Below, piece after piece: positions 8,928 through 16,862 of a DNA stretch of 61,655 nucleotides (positions are counted from its first letter, which is position 1; every line of letters starts with the position of its first letter). The stretch spans positions 1 to 61,655 of the forward strand of contig CAYLOA010000005.1 in NCBI GenBank assembly GCA_964385185.1, read 5' to 3'. The notes under the pieces were generated by a model, which searched no databases, was not told where the DNA came from, and was given only the letters and a program-made list of their open reading frames with translations. This DNA is from an uncultured Methanosarcinales archaeon. GTDB lineage: Archaea; Nanobdellota; Nanobdellia; Woesearchaeales; CALCXY01. The translations under genes were made by a program, and so were the position numbers.

Positions 8928-8944
8928 GGGACTCTGTGAGTCCC
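8928..8944 (-). repeat. short ACA-triloop hairpin (A3), inverted relative to A1
   Basis: Minus strand reads GGGACTC-ACA-GAGTCCC. Confidence 0.6.
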
Positions 8945-9036
8945 TCCATTACCTCCAAATAAACCTAACACCTAATACAAAACTTTATAAAGAATTAAAC
9001 CTAAATATGCAATATACATATTCAAGAGGTGTATTA

Positions 9037-9516
9037 ATGGCTGACGATGATTATGAAATTCTTCCACACAAGGAAATATCAGAGTTAAGAGGAGAACTCA
9101 CTAAATTAAAAGAAGGTAACTATGGTTCTTCAGTATCTGTTCATTCTTCTGTGGACACATTACAAACTTCAATTAATAGCTTATTAGACATCTTCAAGGA
9201 AGCATCGAGATCAATGCAAGAAGAGACAGATCACCATTCACAATCAGGTAAGCGTATGGACGAATTAATGGATAAGATGGATACCATGTTGGAGCAAAAT
9301 GAAAAGATTGCAGAAGGTATTGTTGCTATAGCAGATATGATTAAAGAAGCTAAAGCACCCGCTAGAGAACCTTCTTCTAAACCAACTATGCCTCCAATGG
9401 CAGATATGCCACCACCAATGCCACCGCAGGGGATGCAAAATATGCCACCCCCTCCGAGAGCTATGGGTCGTGCTCCACCACCTCCACCACCAATGTCTAT
9501 GCCCCCTCCACCATAA
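9037..9516 (+). CDS. coiled-coil protein with proline/methionine-rich C-terminal tail
   Basis: Start ATG 9037 after a GAGGTG SD; heptad-rich body, then PPMPPQG...PPPPPPMSMPPPP. Confidence 0.75.
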   Translation: MADDDYEILPHKEISELRGELTKLKEGNYGSSVSVHSSVDTLQTSINSLLDIFKEASRSMQEETDHHSQSGKRMDELMDKMDTMLEQNEKIAEGIVAIADMIKEAKAPAREPSSKPTMPPMADMPPPMPPQGMQNMPPPPRAMGRAPPPPPPMSMPPPP

Positions 9517-9517
9517 A

Positions 9518-10066
9518 ATGATGTCTGACTTTAGAGATGCAGATAGACCTTCTCAGGAACATTTCTTCCATCACTGTGCACAAGCATTCAAAAAATACGA
9601 AACAAGAGATTTTGCTATCGCAGAGATGCACAAGCAACTAAGGAAATTAAAGACGTTAAACAAAAAGGCTAATTATACAGATTTAAGTGGAGATTTAGAA
9701 GAATTAGAAAAAAGAATTGGTTTAGCCTTAGAAAAAGAAAGATTCATAATTCAACATGTCATGGGAGATAATTCTTTCCAAGGGAGAATTAATCAGAAAA
9801 TTAACTTATTAGATAACAAATTTGGTAAATTTCTAGATGGTCAAAAGAATAGATCATTAAAGATTGCAGAAATTGAATCTCAAGTAACAGGAGCTCCAGT
9901 CTCAATTCAATTAGAAGAAGCAAGAAAAGCACGAGTCCACAATCTGTTAAGAAAAATGGAATCAAAGTTAAGAAGGCTTTCACAAAAGAAACAGTCAAAT
10001 AAAGTAAAGATTAAACTCTTAAAAGAGAAAATAGACCATATCAAAAAAAGAGTCCAAGATATTTAA
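9518..10066 (+). CDS. hypothetical basic coiled-coil protein
   Basis: Probable ATG 9518, 2 nt after the upstream stop; K/R-rich helices. Confidence 0.65.
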   Translation: MMSDFRDADRPSQEHFFHHCAQAFKKYETRDFAIAEMHKQLRKLKTLNKKANYTDLSGDLEELEKRIGLALEKERFIIQHVMGDNSFQGRINQKINLLDNKFGKFLDGQKNRSLKIAEIESQVTGAPVSIQLEEARKARVHNLLRKMESKLRRLSQKKQSNKVKIKLLKEKIDHIKKRVQDI

Positions 10067-10236
10067 AAATCTTTAGCCATTAAGGTATTTCTACCGTTTT
10101 CTTTCGCTCGAATAGCTGCTTCATGAATCATTTTGATAATTTTACTGTTTAATTTCTCTGCAACTTCTCCAGAGATATTCAAGGGCTTTTCATTTACCTT
10201 TGCATATTCTTTTATCTTAGCTTTTACAATTATCAT
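10063..10236 (-). CDS. small archaeal histone-fold protein (DUF1931/short-histone-like; 57 aa, not in ORF track)
   Basis: Hand translation MIIVKAKIKEYAKVNEKPLNISGEVAEKLNSKIIKMIHEAAIRAKENGRNTLMAKDF; GAGGT SD; ends with histone-type A..RA...GR.T....D motif. Confidence 0.85.
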   Translation of the reverse strand: MIIVKAKIKEYAKVNEKPLNISGEVAEKLNSKIIKMIHEAAIRAKENGRNTLMAKDF

Positions 10237-10237
10237 G

Positions 10238-10558
10238 TTATACCTCTGGGCAAGAACTTAACTGTTTGTCAAGCTCCACCGCTTCCTGTAAATATATTAA
10301 ATACTGAATGTAATGCTTAGTATTCCCATTATCCTGATATAATTGAACCTCTCTCTGAGATTGTGCTTGATTACTTACAATATTCTCCCTAATCAGACTA
10401 CAATCTCCTCCATAAGCCAATCCTATTAATGAATCTGAAGGTTCAATCTGAGAAATATCAATCTGTCCCCCTAATACAACAATAAGAATGATTGCTATTA
10501 TTGCAACACCTGCACTCCATACTACAATCTGCTTATCTATCTTATCAACATTCTTCAT
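10238..10558 (-). CDS. hypothetical membrane-anchored protein
   Basis: N-terminal TM helix (IVVWSAGVAIIAIILIVVLGG); AAGGTA SD. Confidence 0.6.
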   Translation of the reverse strand: MKNVDKIDKQIVVWSAGVAIIAIILIVVLGGQIDISQIEPSDSLIGLAYGGDCSLIRENIVSNQAQSQREVQLYQDNGNTKHYIQYLIYLQEAVELDKQLSSCPEV

Positions 10559-10590
10559 ACTACCTTCTTAGAAATATGTGTATATAAAAC

Positions 10591-10632
10591 TTATCCTAAA
10601 TATAATTGCGTGTCTGGATGGAAAGCGTACCA
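10591..10632 (-). pseudogene. orphan diverged copy of the DUF3179 C-terminus
   Basis: Encodes WYAFHPDTQLYLG* versus WYAFHPNTQLFIS* at 10684-10725 (9/13 identical, with synonymous changes); preceded by an in-frame TGA. Confidence 0.75.
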
Positions 10633-10683
10633 TCAATTATCTCACTTCGTTCGAAACTCATGGAAACGCAAGAATAATACTAA

Positions 10684-11349
10684 CTAAGATATGAATAATT
10701 GAGTGTTTGGGTGAAAAGCGTACCATGAGAACCAAAAGTCCCTCTCTTTAACAACTTCTTCTCCAGTATCCTCACGAACTACTTTCACAATACCAGCTTC
10801 ATCTCGTGTAACCACTACCTCTACCACACCAACTGTATCACTAATCTCTCCAGCTGCAATTAAATCCTTCTCTTGATAGGCAGAATGCTTACCATCAACT
10901 TCAATCCCAAACACAACAGTCTTGGGATGAATCCTATCATCTTCATTATCTACGGGAAAGATCAAAAAACTATCCTCATAATAACTTCCATACGGATCTC
11001 TTCCATAAGAACGTGAATGACCCGTCTCTTGACTTAACACCTCAGAATCAGGATGCACTTTTTTCCAATCTCTCCAAACAACCGTATCAATACTGATTTC
11101 AGTCAATTCCTGGCCAGTCAACTCTCCCACAATAGCTTTTCCATCAATTTGTTGCCAATAGGTGTCTGTTTTCCGATCATACATCACTAAATTAGAATTA
11201 TATAACTTTCCTGAAGTTCCAAATTCAACTTCTTCTCCAGCTAATACTCTTTCATAAGCAATTCCAGAACCACAAAGAGGGCAATAAGTAATCAATATAG
11301 GATCAGAAGCAATAACATCATTCACAATCTCATGCCATACTAGAATCTT
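10684..11349 (-). pseudogene. DUF3179-family protein, 5'-truncated
   Basis: Homology begins at KILVWHEIVND, then TYCPLCGSG, FGTSGKLYNSNLVMYDR.T...W.Q, FWFSWYAFHP; an in-frame stop lies shortly upstream, so the N-terminal part is missing. Confidence 0.75.
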
Positions 11350-11453
11350 GGAGAGATGAGTATATAAAATGTTCTATTATACACCGATGTCTATATTACA
11401 TTATAATTCCATAAACAATCATCTGATTGTTTAGTTTCAGGGTTAGTCAGAAA

Positions 11454-12593
11454 TTACTCCTCAATACCTGCTTCTTCAAAACTGACACTAGCTCCGAAGT
11501 TTGAGATGCTAAGAATATTGAAGCCATTTTTTGATTCAAAATTGTATTTAACATTAGTTCCAACATTCCTTGGAATAGCTACTACTCCCAGTTGGGGATG
11601 TTCAACTTCATGTTCTTGTAAGTTAACTGAAGTATCTATCCTCTGTAACGGGCCTTCATTAACAATTTCATAATTTTTATCTGTCAACGCAGTACGAATC
11701 AAGGCAAGGCAAGAGTCTATATTCTCTTGAATATAAGAATTCATATTTTGTTCGAATTCTTTTTCACCTGTTTCGCTCCAACTATTGACTAGATTTAGGA
11801 TAGATACTTTGACCGTAGGCTCTTTTAATCTAGTTAAGAGTAATTCGGAAACACATGTATCTCCCACACCTACAATTGATGAGCCTAGGTCCGATGGAGG
11901 AGGAGCAATTCCGTCAAACCTTTCTATTTTTGCATCAACAGGGATTTCGTTTTCAATCTCGAATTCAGAATCATCTATTTTTGGATTAATCTGTATATCT
12001 GTCCTCGTAGTCGAAGACATTAAACAATACTCTTGTACGCAAGGTACGCCAGATACAGTGTTTGAATAAAACTCCTCCTTTAATGGGATAAAAGTTTCCT
12101 TCTCTAACCAAACCAACCACTTAAGGCTCTTATCATCGGAAAGAATTGTTAAGAAATATACTCCTTTACCAGAAAGAGTATCCTCCGATAAGATAACATC
12201 TCTTAGCTTCAATGAAGCCTTCAACTCACTAACCGTATCTATTTTTTCATCCCGATATTCTGTCTGGGTTTCGATATAGGTGTTACCCTTGGCGTCGTAA
12301 TTCATTATATACTTATTTCCTTCTTTTACATGAAATGATAAAATGTTACCGTTATCGTAAATCCTCTTCTCACTTTGAGGGATTTTCATTAAATACTGGT
12401 ATTTTTCAATCTGCCCAGAGTTGTCCATCTCTTCAACCACCATTGATAAGGAACTGATGGAGTTATGAGCTCTTTCCAATTCCCTTGCTATGCTATCAAC
12501 ATCATTTTCGGTAACAACGCATCCAGCGACAAAGACTAGAATAGTGAACGATATACAAATCATCTGAAGTGGATTGTTCAGTTTACCTGCCAT
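11454..12593 (-). CDS. putative lipoprotein with LolA-like/outer-membrane-lipoprotein-sorting-type N-terminal domain
   Basis: ATG 12593 after a GGAGTG SD; lipobox-like FVAGC; LVWLEKETFIPLKEEFY resembles the LolA/MucB-like fold signature (inference). Confidence 0.55.
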   Translation of the reverse strand: MAGKLNNPLQMICISFTILVFVAGCVVTENDVDSIARELERAHNSISSLSMVVEEMDNSGQIEKYQYLMKIPQSEKRIYDNGNILSFHVKEGNKYIMNYDAKGNTYIETQTEYRDEKIDTVSELKASLKLRDVILSEDTLSGKGVYFLTILSDDKSLKWLVWLEKETFIPLKEEFYSNTVSGVPCVQEYCLMSSTTRTDIQINPKIDDSEFEIENEIPVDAKIERFDGIAPPPSDLGSSIVGVGDTCVSELLLTRLKEPTVKVSILNLVNSWSETGEKEFEQNMNSYIQENIDSCLALIRTALTDKNYEIVNEGPLQRIDTSVNLQEHEVEHPQLGVVAIPRNVGTNVKYNFESKNGFNILSISNFGASVSFEEAGIEE

Positions 12594-12697
12594 CACTCCA
12601 AAACGCACTTTGCAGTATTTAAACATTTCCTAAACAATCACAAGATTATTTATCAAGAAATTCTCAACGAAAATAAATCAAAAAAAGGAGGGGTCCC

Positions 12698-12790
12698 TTA
12701 TTTACCCTTCAACAAGAACCAACAACCAATCGCAATAGCCAGTAACGGCACAATAAACACCTGCATCGTAAAAGGAACACCAACCAATCC
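12698..12790 (-). pseudogene. orphan C-terminal transmembrane segment of an unidentified gene
   Basis: Frame offset from ccdA reads GLVGVPFTMQVFIVPLLAIAIGCWFLLKGK*, a clean TM helix with a basic end, followed by a T-rich tract. Confidence 0.5.
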
Positions 12791-13355
12791 TAAGTTGACT
12801 CTTAGCTCCACTAATCACACTAAACACTAAGAGCGGAAAACTTAATCCAATCCCGAAGAACAAAAAGTTTGACATACTACTCACAACATTATCAACTAAT
12901 AATGCTCGTGCAAAGAAGGCAGCAATAAATCCAGGATTACAAGGAATAACAATTGCTCCAAAGAAAAATCCAAAAAGGAAGGCAGTCAAATAAGAGTTCT
13001 TCAAAATAGGTGCACTCTTCTTTGGTATAATGGACGTAAAGTCAACATTAAATATTAAAAGTAAACTAATTACTCCCAAAATTCCAAATGCAATAGGACT
13101 TACAACTCCAATGACGGTTGTTAATGATTTTTGAAACAAGGTTGTAAAGATTAACCCCAATAGTGTCATAAACACCAACACACCCAGAGTTACCAATAAT
13201 CCTAGATACACAGGCAACCGAGAATTTTCTTCTTTGCCTTTTAGTTGATTACTTAGATAAGAAAGAAATCCTGGATATAAAGGTAAAACACAGACAGCAG
13301 TAAGTGGAGTTAACAACCCCAATACAAAACTGGTGCCTATATCAGTAAAACTCAT
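12702..13355 (-). pseudogene. ccdA: cytochrome c biogenesis protein CcdA, 3'-truncated/fused
   Basis: GLLTPLTAVCVLPLYPGFL and VIPCNPG Cys motifs; ATGA overlap with the upstream thioredoxin; homology appears to stop near SGAKSQ (~12795) and the final TM helix is absent. Confidence 0.65.
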
Positions 13356-13957
13356 GCACAAGTCTCCTCAAGTGCTAATTTCAGTTTTTCTTTCCCTTTA
13401 TTTCCACCTGGAAGCAAGGTTGCACTTTGGTCTTCACAAATAACGATAACAGGCACACTCGGTGCACTCACCACCCCTACCCCAAATTCTTCAATAAGTA
13501 ATTTTGTCATTTCTATAGGACTCACACTAAAATACCAATCGAAGTTGTTACTTTTAATATGATCTTCTACTCTCTGTTCATCTTCATTAGGATCAGTGTC
13601 AAGAGAGATATACACCACACCATCCGTCTCTTGTTTAAGAATTTTAATTTCTTTTTGTTCTTTTGTACATTTAGGACACCAAACCGCAAAACTTTCTAAC
13701 AATATTTTCTGTCCTGCAAAATCACTTATCCTATATGTCTCCCTAGTGGAAATATCTTTCAATTCAATATTTCTCCAATCATTCAAATCCTGTTGCACTT
13801 CAGGTACTTCTTCAACATGTTCTTTCTCAATAGGCTCCATAACATGCTCCTCGATAACAGAATCTTCAACAACTGGAATCTCAGCAGTAATTTCTTCAGT
13901 CGTAGAACATCCTAGAAAGATAATCATTAATATTCCAATAAACACCACTTTTTTCAT
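13352..13957 (-). CDS. TlpA/redoxin-like thioredoxin lipoprotein
   Basis: Lipobox-like FLGC; ESFAVWCPKC active site; adjacent to ccdA. Confidence 0.85.
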   Translation of the reverse strand: MKKVVFIGILMIIFLGCSTTEEITAEIPVVEDSVIEEHVMEPIEKEHVEEVPEVQQDLNDWRNIELKDISTRETYRISDFAGQKILLESFAVWCPKCTKEQKEIKILKQETDGVVYISLDTDPNEDEQRVEDHIKSNNFDWYFSVSPIEMTKLLIEEFGVGVVSAPSVPVIVICEDQSATLLPGGNKGKEKLKLALEETCA

Positions 13958-13979
13958 AATAACCCACCTCGTTAATTAT

Positions 13980-14966
13980 CTATATAAATCCTTGTTTTAA
14001 GATATCATCCCAAGTTATTTTACCAGCAACAACCTGAGCCTCTCTAAATGTAATCATAGGCTTTTTATATTTTCCATAATCATCAGTAGCTATCCGAGGA
14101 CATGCTAATTCAACAAAAGCTTCCACATCATAAAAGTTAAACAGTTTGTCAGGAGTCATCTCTCTCATGGTAATAACTATAACTTGTTTTCCAACTTTCT
14201 CTAGATTCTTTTTCACAATTGACGCAGCTCCAAACTGTTGCCCCTTTTTTAACCCTACAATCACACCAATTTTCTTAGCATCTTTAACACGAGCTATAGA
14301 AGCAGCTCGTTGTTGCATAAATCTTTTTTTCTCTTCACCCATACTACGAACAGCATTGTTATAGGTATCCATCAACAAAACCTGTTTATCAACAACAGCT
14401 AATGCAGCACCGAGTCCATGAAATTGATTTCCTATAACAACAACAGAGTCAATCTTATCTCGAATAACCTTTAGTCCTCCATATTCACATCCTACAACAT
14501 GACCAGCTAAAGCACTATACCCTTTTTTACCAGGAATGGTAACAGAAAGACCTTCTTTCTCAAAGAACTTCTTCACTTCACCTAATTTATGAATATGTTG
14601 AATACTACTCAACAAAGCCACTCTTTTACCATCAACTTGCTTAATCACTTTTTTAGCTAAGGGAACTAAACTCTTATCATCTTCAACATGGACATAGAAT
14701 ATAGGAAAAGGATATTTAATAAACGGTGCATGACCAAAATGAACAATTAAATCTGCCTTAACAGCTTTAGCTTCATTAATGTCAATATCACATCCACCCC
14801 AACAGGTTTCACCGGACACAACACATTCAACATGTTTCTCTAATTTCTTCACCACATCGGACGCTTCTTGTTTGATCCCCTCTGGAAACTGCAGCAATAC
14901 TCGTTTAGCCTTTAATCTACGTACTTCAGCTAATACTTCTTTTAATTTGTAATTGAATTTCCTCAT
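13980..14966 (-). CDS. dph2: diphthamide biosynthesis enzyme Dph1/Dph2
   Basis: LQFPEG, CWGGCD, HFGH, VVGC, ACPRIATDD Fe-S motifs. Confidence 0.93.
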   Translation of the reverse strand: MRKFNYKLKEVLAEVRRLKAKRVLLQFPEGIKQEASDVVKKLEKHVECVVSGETCWGGCDIDINEAKAVKADLIVHFGHAPFIKYPFPIFYVHVEDDKSLVPLAKKVIKQVDGKRVALLSSIQHIHKLGEVKKFFEKEGLSVTIPGKKGYSALAGHVVGCEYGGLKVIRDKIDSVVVIGNQFHGLGAALAVVDKQVLLMDTYNNAVRSMGEEKKRFMQQRAASIARVKDAKKIGVIVGLKKGQQFGAASIVKKNLEKVGKQVIVITMREMTPDKLFNFYDVEAFVELACPRIATDDYGKYKKPMITFREAQVVAGKITWDDILKQGFI

Positions 14967-14972
14967 GTTAGC

Positions 14973-15302
14973 CTAAACAACTTCAACTCCTCCTTTTGCT
15001 CCGCCAAAGGGAATGCCTACAACAGCACACTTAAAGGTCATCCAGAACGCTAAACTTTGCACTTCATCCAAATTAACATCAGGATGATATCGAATACCTC
15101 CTTTGGTAGGACCACGCACATCATTAAAATGAACTCTGTAGCCGGTAAAGACTTCTAATGATCCATCATCCATTCGAACAGGAATACTTACCTGTATCGC
15201 TTCTTTAGGACTTTCTAAGATTTTCTTAGCATCGTCACTCAATTCTACATACTGCAATCCTTTTTCAAATTGAATTTTTGCGTCTTCAAATAATGTTCCC
15301 AT
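14973..15302 (-). pseudogene. gdhA: glutamate dehydrogenase (Glu/Leu/Phe/Val DH) N-terminal fragment
   Basis: GYRVHFNDVRGPTKGGIRYHP...WMTFKCAVVGIPFGGAKGG; ends after 109 codons, so the NAD(P)-binding domain is absent. Confidence 0.88.
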
Positions 15303-15303
15303 C

Positions 15304-15957
15304 TTATTCTCCCCTACCTTCTTTTTCTACTTTTACATAGCCTTTCAAAATAAGATTTCCCATATCTGAAAGTTTAATTAATAATTGATTCCTTTCATCC
15401 TTAACTTCTACTAATCTAAATTCCTTTAGCCCTTTATATTTGTAGTTACCATTAATATGGTAGGATAACAAACTAATGGACATATTTACTTTCTTACTGA
15501 GATCCTTTAACGAGGTATACTCATTAACTTCAAGCTCTTTTAATATCTTCAGTTTGTTCTCTGAAAGTTCATTGTAATAAGACAATTTCATAATCGGCAT
15601 CAACATAACTTCATCACCCATAACACCAAATGCTTTCAATCCGTTGGCAAAGCTCGCACTTAATGCTGCACAGGTGCTCATCCTGTCTCCTGTTGCCACA
15701 TTGACAATAACTTCATCAGCGTTATGACTACCAGTAATTCTACCGAACTGGCTAAACATCTCTTCAAGCATATTTCCAGAGACTTCAATAATTTCAGATT
15801 TAATAGTAAACTCTTCTAGTTTATCTCGTAATTTCTGTGCATCTCTTATTTTTTCACTAGGAGTAATTAAATAGACTTTATCTGTTGGAAATTCTTTGAT
15901 ACCTACAAAGAGTGCTTTAAGATTATCTCCCACCGGTGCAATTACTTTGTATCTCAT
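15304..15957 (-). CDS. CARF/Csa3-like Rossmann plus winged-HTH transcriptional regulator
   Basis: VIAPVG...DKVYLI...VIVNVATGDRM CARF-like core; C-terminal SLKDLSKKVNMSISLLSYHI..L....LV wHTH. Confidence 0.7.
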   Translation of the reverse strand: MRYKVIAPVGDNLKALFVGIKEFPTDKVYLITPSEKIRDAQKLRDKLEEFTIKSEIIEVSGNMLEEMFSQFGRITGSHNADEVIVNVATGDRMSTCAALSASFANGLKAFGVMGDEVMLMPIMKLSYYNELSENKLKILKELEVNEYTSLKDLSKKVNMSISLLSYHINGNYKYKGLKEFRLVEVKDERNQLLIKLSDMGNLILKGYVKVEKEGRGE

Positions 15958-16029
15958 TGAATTTCCCCCATGAATGTGTTATTCATATCCCATAATACCA
16001 CAAATACTATTAAAAGGTTTTGGCTGTAT

Positions 16030-16050
16030 TGTCAAAAGTAAGTTTTGATA
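16030..16050. promoter_or_regulatory. candidate operator (imperfect palindrome)
   Basis: TGTCAAAA-gtaag-TTTTGATA between the divergent CARF-HTH and dsbA promoters. Confidence 0.3.
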
Positions 16051-16141
16051 GAGTTTTAAATGAGGCAAAAAACTAAACCTTTTGAAGTAAACGAAAAGTA
16101 TTTAAACCACCATCCTCTGTAAAGTTAAAAAACATTGGGGG

Positions 16142-16840
16142 ATGGTAAATATGCAAAACTTAAAATTACTACAGATTCTAATCGGGGTGACTCTTATAGT
16201 TGGTCTCTTAAATCTGTATGGAACATTTAACATACAAAGTCAATTAGATGGAGGTGTAGCACCAACAGTAGGCGCAGCTGCTCCTTCACCAACACAACCT
16301 TCAGCACCTGCTGCTAAGGTTGATGTAAGTGTAGATGATGACCCATTCAAAGGGGATGCAGATGCACCGATAACGATTATCGAGTTTTCTGACTTCGAGT
16401 GTCCATTCTGTGGAAGGTTCTACAGTCAAACACTAGGCGAATTGGAAGAAAAATACGTTAAAACTGGAAAAGCTAAGATTGTCTTTCGAGACTTTCCATT
16501 AAGCTTCCATCCAAAAGCACAAAAAGCTTCAGAAGCTTCTGAGTGTGCAGATGACCAAGGTAAATTCTGGGAAATGCACGATATGATTTTTGAAAATCAA
16601 AACTCAATCGGAATCACTGATCTTAAAGGATACGCAGCTGATCTAGGATTAGACACAGCAACTTTTGATTCATGTCTAGATTCTGGTAAACACGAAGCTG
16701 AAGTTCAAGCTGATTTCAGAGATGGTTCAGCTGCTGGAGTTTCCGGAACACCAAGTTTCTTTGTAAACGGTGTGAAGTTAGTAGGTGCTCAACCATTTGC
16801 TGCTTTCGAGCAAGTAATTGAAGCTGAACTAAACAGTTAA
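16142..16840 (+). CDS. DsbA-family thiol-disulfide oxidoreductase, membrane-anchored
   Basis: EFSDFECPFC, VFRDFPL, A.ASECA..QGKFW, GVSGTPSFFVNG. Confidence 0.92.
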   Translation: MVNMQNLKLLQILIGVTLIVGLLNLYGTFNIQSQLDGGVAPTVGAAAPSPTQPSAPAAKVDVSVDDDPFKGDADAPITIIEFSDFECPFCGRFYSQTLGELEEKYVKTGKAKIVFRDFPLSFHPKAQKASEASECADDQGKFWEMHDMIFENQNSIGITDLKGYAADLGLDTATFDSCLDSGKHEAEVQADFRDGSAAGVSGTPSFFVNGVKLVGAQPFAAFEQVIEAELNS

Positions 16841-16862
16841 TTTTTTTCTTTTATTTTTTTTC
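16841..16862 (+). terminator. oligo-T archaeal terminator
   Basis: TTTTTTTCTTTTATTTTTTTTC immediately after the dsbA stop. Confidence 0.55.

Noticed and set aside
8828-8944. Possible SRP RNA, RNase P RNA or CRISPR repeat
   Set aside because: No SRP helix-8 or RNase P conserved motifs, and no regularly spaced repeats with spacers.
8662-9036. ORF-track extensions of kae1 (to 8843) and of the Pro-rich protein (from 8662)
   Set aside because: They cross the hairpin element and promoters; SD or homology evidence places the starts at 8780 and 9037.
9404-9513. CCA/CCT-rich tandem-like repeats
   Set aside because: Simply proline codons of the Pro-rich tail.
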